Made by a program: the position numbers and the translations under genes
Notes under the pieces: model-generated
What the model was told of the DNA's origin: nothing
Seen by the model: only the letters and a program-made list of their open reading frames with translations
The model's database searches: none
Assembly (NCBI GenBank): GCA_964016885.1
Contig: OZ024765.1
Span: forward strand, 15,376,001 to 15,440,000
Origin: Eledone cirrhosa
Lineage: Eukaryota
Reading direction: 5' to 3'
Length of the DNA: 64,000 bases
Shown here: piece after piece, positions 60,213 to 64,000 of the stretch
Numbering within the stretch: position 1 is the stretch's first letter
How the letters are laid out: each line of letters opens with the position of its first letter

Positions 60213-62804
60213 CAAACGACAAGTGCTAAATAGATTGTTTGCCAGAGATCCTAAATCAGTTTATCGCAGCTTCGGTGGCAAAAGCTCAATCCCTGCAAAC
60301 GACACCTCTTCAAAAGAACAGGTTGAGAGCTACTGGAGATCTGTATGGGAAACGGATGACGGATTCAACAGACAAACTAATTGGCTAAAAGAACTGGAAC
60401 AGGACTACTGCCAACATGTCCAGACAAAGCAATATGACATAGATGGGTCCATACTGGAAACAGCTCTACAGAAAATGTCGAATAGGAAATCGCCAGGCCC
60501 AGACCTCATTACAGGATACTGGTTGAAGAATTTCACTTTCTATCGGCAAGATCTCATACGGCTGTTTACAGAAACCATTAAAGGCACACAAGAACTGCCC
60601 AGATGGTTATCAACTGCCACTACTCTCCTCATTCCCCAAAATAGCCAAACCACCCTTGCTAAAAATTACCGCCCAATTGCCTGCCAAAACATCAGGTATA
60701 AATTATATACTGGGTGCCTTAACCTGTTCTTACAGGATCACTGTGCTACCAACAACATCATAACACCTGAGCAAGCTGGTAGAAAGAGGGAGGTGTGGGG
60801 TTGCATAGGTCACCTACTAACTAACAAAATGATTCAGGAAAAAACAACAAAGATTCGCAGAAACATGACTGTGGTGTGGCTGGACTATCAAAAAGCAATT
60901 GATAGTGTACCTCATGGGTCGATTATTAAGGCTTTACAGTTAGCTAAAGTCCCACAACCATTGGTAGCTGCTGTTGAACGCCTGACCAAGAACTAGTACA
61001 CCAATTTTATCCTTAGAGGTGAGAAGGAGCAAGTTAAGACTGATAAGATACATTACCAGAAGGGCATCTTTCAGGGTGATAGCTTGTCAGTGCTACTCTT
61101 CGTTCTCTCACTGAATCCACTATCTTACCTAGTCAGGAAACAAGGTGGACAAAGAAGTGGGCCCAGAAGTATCTCCCATCTTTTCTTTGTTGATGACCTG
61201 AAGTTGTATGAGCCAAATAGCAATGACATCAAGAAACAATTGAACCTCATTACACAATTTTCAACCGACATCAAAATGAAATTTGGTGAGTCCAAGTGTG
61301 CATATTTGGCAGTAAAATGTGGAAGAGCTGTGCCCTCCTCTCGAAATCTAGAGATGAACGGCCTGACAATACAACCTCTACAGTCAGGTGACAACTACAT
61401 CTTGGACAGGATGAGAATGTTAGATATGATGGACCCATAAATAAGGAGAGAACCAGAACTGAATACCTCATAGAATAAAGAAAATATGGTCATCAGAACT
61501 GTCAGCGTACAACAAATACATTGCCACAATACTTATGCTGTGCCAATTCTAACGCCAACATTTGGCCTGCTAAACTGGTCATTGCAAGAACTAAGTGAGA
61601 TGGATGTTAGAACTCGAAAACTTCTCAGTGTTACTGGCAACTTTAACATCAATGATGATGTGGATAGGCTATACTTCTCACGCAAGGAAGGTGTCCGGGG
61701 TCTAAAATCAATATTAACAACATATGAGACCCAGATAGTAACACTGAAGCAACACCTTCAACAGAGGAAAAAGGTTGGCAACCATCTTGCCCAGGTTTAT
61801 TAGCATGAAAACAAAATATCATTAGAATAGCGACTGATCTGGAGGAGAGATATGGAATAAAGCCTGATATAAATCTCTTACCCAGAGAAATCGGAAGATC
61901 CTATTCAATGTTCAAACAAGATAAAAAAATTGACCAATTTACAGAAAAAGTTGTGCATGGATACTTGAGGCGTAAAACACAGACCATAGAGGGGATAAAC
62001 CACTCAAAAAGCCTGGCATGGAGTTCCGACAAGTTTATGACATCACACCTTAAGGGATATCTCTATGCAATACAGGAACAAGAACTCCCTACCAAATATC
62101 TGCTGCACAAAAGAGGAGGGTCAGCAGCTGACAATAAATGTAGGCTATGTAAAACAAAGATCGAGGATGTAAGCCACATTGTTGCCAGCTGCGAAAGAAT
62201 GTCATCTCGCTACTACCTCCCCATGAGACACGATGGAATAGCTAGAACCATCTGGAACGCACTTCGGAAAACAAAATTAACAACAAACGAGGAAGAATAT
62301 ATTGAGACAGATGGCACTAAGGAATACTGGTGGAACCTGAAAATAAAAACTGCCACCAAATTAAAGCACAACCAGCCTGATATTGTTGTTTGGGACCACA
62401 CATTGAAAACGTGTTCTGTTGTGGAAATCAGCTGCCCACTTGATGTAAACGTTGTCAGAAAAATACAGGAGAAGGAGGACATCTACGGACCATTGATGAG
62501 GAGTTTACAAATCCAGTATCCAAGATACACTTTTAGCTTCATACCCATCATTATTGGAGCTACCGGTTATATACCAACCCGCTTGGACCAAAGTATGACT
62601 GAACTTGGATTTGCGGACAAAAAGCGCAGCTCCCTAATTCATAGTCTACAAATGGCTGCGATAGCTGGCACCTTCAAAATTTGCAAAACATACTTGCGAT
62701 TCAAGGGATGACAATTTCTTTTCTTTTACAACCTTGCCACCAGGAAGGTGGCCGGTCAAAAAAAATATACTCGAAATTAAGAGAAAGAGATAACAAACAT
62801 ACAT
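60213..62804 (+). mobile_element. 5'-truncated R4/Dong-clade retrotransposon (RT, CCHC finger, RLE), disrupted
   Basis: KSPGPD, NYRPIAC, WLDYQKAIDSVPH, GIFQGDSLS, SHLFFVDDLKLY, CRLC..EDVSHIVASC, RHD and PDIVVWD..VEISCP, spread over four ORF pieces. Confidence 0.93.
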
Positions 62805-63720
62805 ATGGAAATCAACACGAAATACCTGATTCACAAAAGAGATAGGAATGCAGGCAAAACACCTAGATGTGATAAAAAGTGCAGACTCTGCAGAACTAAC
62901 ACCGAGGATATTACCCATGTCATCAGCAGCTGTTCAAAGATGTCATCGCGGTACTATCTACCTATGAAGCATGATGTAGTGGCCAAAACACTGTACAATG
63001 CAATCTGTAGAATAGATAGCCCCGATAATAAACACATTAAAAGCTACAACAATGTGGAAGACATTCATGTACATAATATGAAAGAGTACTGGTGGAATGT
63101 TCCAGTAAAAATCCCAATAAAATACAGGCATAACAGACCAGATATTACGATATGGGACAGGGAAAAGAGGACATGCACAGTAGTGGAAATTAGCTGTCCA
63201 GCAGATGCCAATATATCAAAGATTAGCGAAAAGGAGAATATTTATGCAGAACTAATCAGAAATCTGCAGATACTCCACCCTGACTATACCTTCAGATTTA
63301 TGCCTGTGATTATTGGGGCACTGGGGTATGTTAGTAACTGCCTCAATACAAATCTTGAGAATCTGGGCTTCACAGGAACAGAAAGAACACAACTAGTTAG
63401 GAAACTACAAGTACAATCCATTAATGGAACAGTAAAAATATGTAAAACATTCAAAAAATGTATCTAATAACTGCATATACACATGTAGAGATACTAAGCA
63501 TATACACATGCACACATACAACTCAAAACATACACATCCACACATACAATAAGATCCAGATGTACACAGGCAGACATGCATACATATTTACACATAAAGA
63601 CATGCATACATATCTACCTAGTTGCTGTGTAAATTCCAGATAGAGAGTCTTGTGTCTATGTTAGAAACCGACTCTCTCTCTATTGGGAAAAATTTGTGAA
63701 ATTATAAAACCAGAAGCACA
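62805..63720 (+). mobile_element. Second R4/Dong-type element, 3' fragment (ORF 62805-63467)
   Basis: CRLCRTNTEDITHVISSC, RPDITIWD..VEISCP, K..IY and PVIIGALG; 3' UTR hairpin at ~63640-63680. Confidence 0.9.
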
Positions 63721-64000
63721 TACATATACACACATATACACATATATACATGTATATACATATGCATATATATATATACATATGCATATATATATATACA
63801 TATATATATATACATATACACATATATATATACATATACACATATATATACATATACACATATATATACATATACACATATATACATATACACATATATA
63901 TATACATATACACATATATATACATATACACATATATATACATATACACATATATATACATATACACATATATATATACATATACAAATATATATATACA

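Overview
Eukaryotic, repeat-saturated DNA that is intronic or intergenic. The dense (TA)n/(CA)n/(CATA)n microsatellites and the tRNA-derived SINE family suggest an Octopus-like cephalopod genome (inference). No recognisable host protein-coding gene is present, and nearly all ORF-track entries are microsatellite artefacts. The real coding remnants are non-LTR retrotransposons: a young 5'-truncated CR1-type LINE, an RTE with three C-terminal zinc fingers, three R4/Dong-type RLE elements, several Tx1 fragments, RTEX tails and a CRE-type C-terminus amplified into a 79-bp tandem array. The window also holds about 20 SINE copies, bipartite non-autonomous RTE derivatives, a non-autonomous Helitron, a tiny MITE and many minisatellites. 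The most striking structure is a set of nine short inserts from about seven sequence families, almost all embedded in (TA)n. Most are built as a long fold-back palindrome plus a unique tail. They carry intact, degenerate or half type I hammerhead ribozyme motifs (Penelope pLTR/retrozyme-like), and several share a tail motif. A weakly supported spliced small-ORF or lncRNA transcript may lie on the minus strand.
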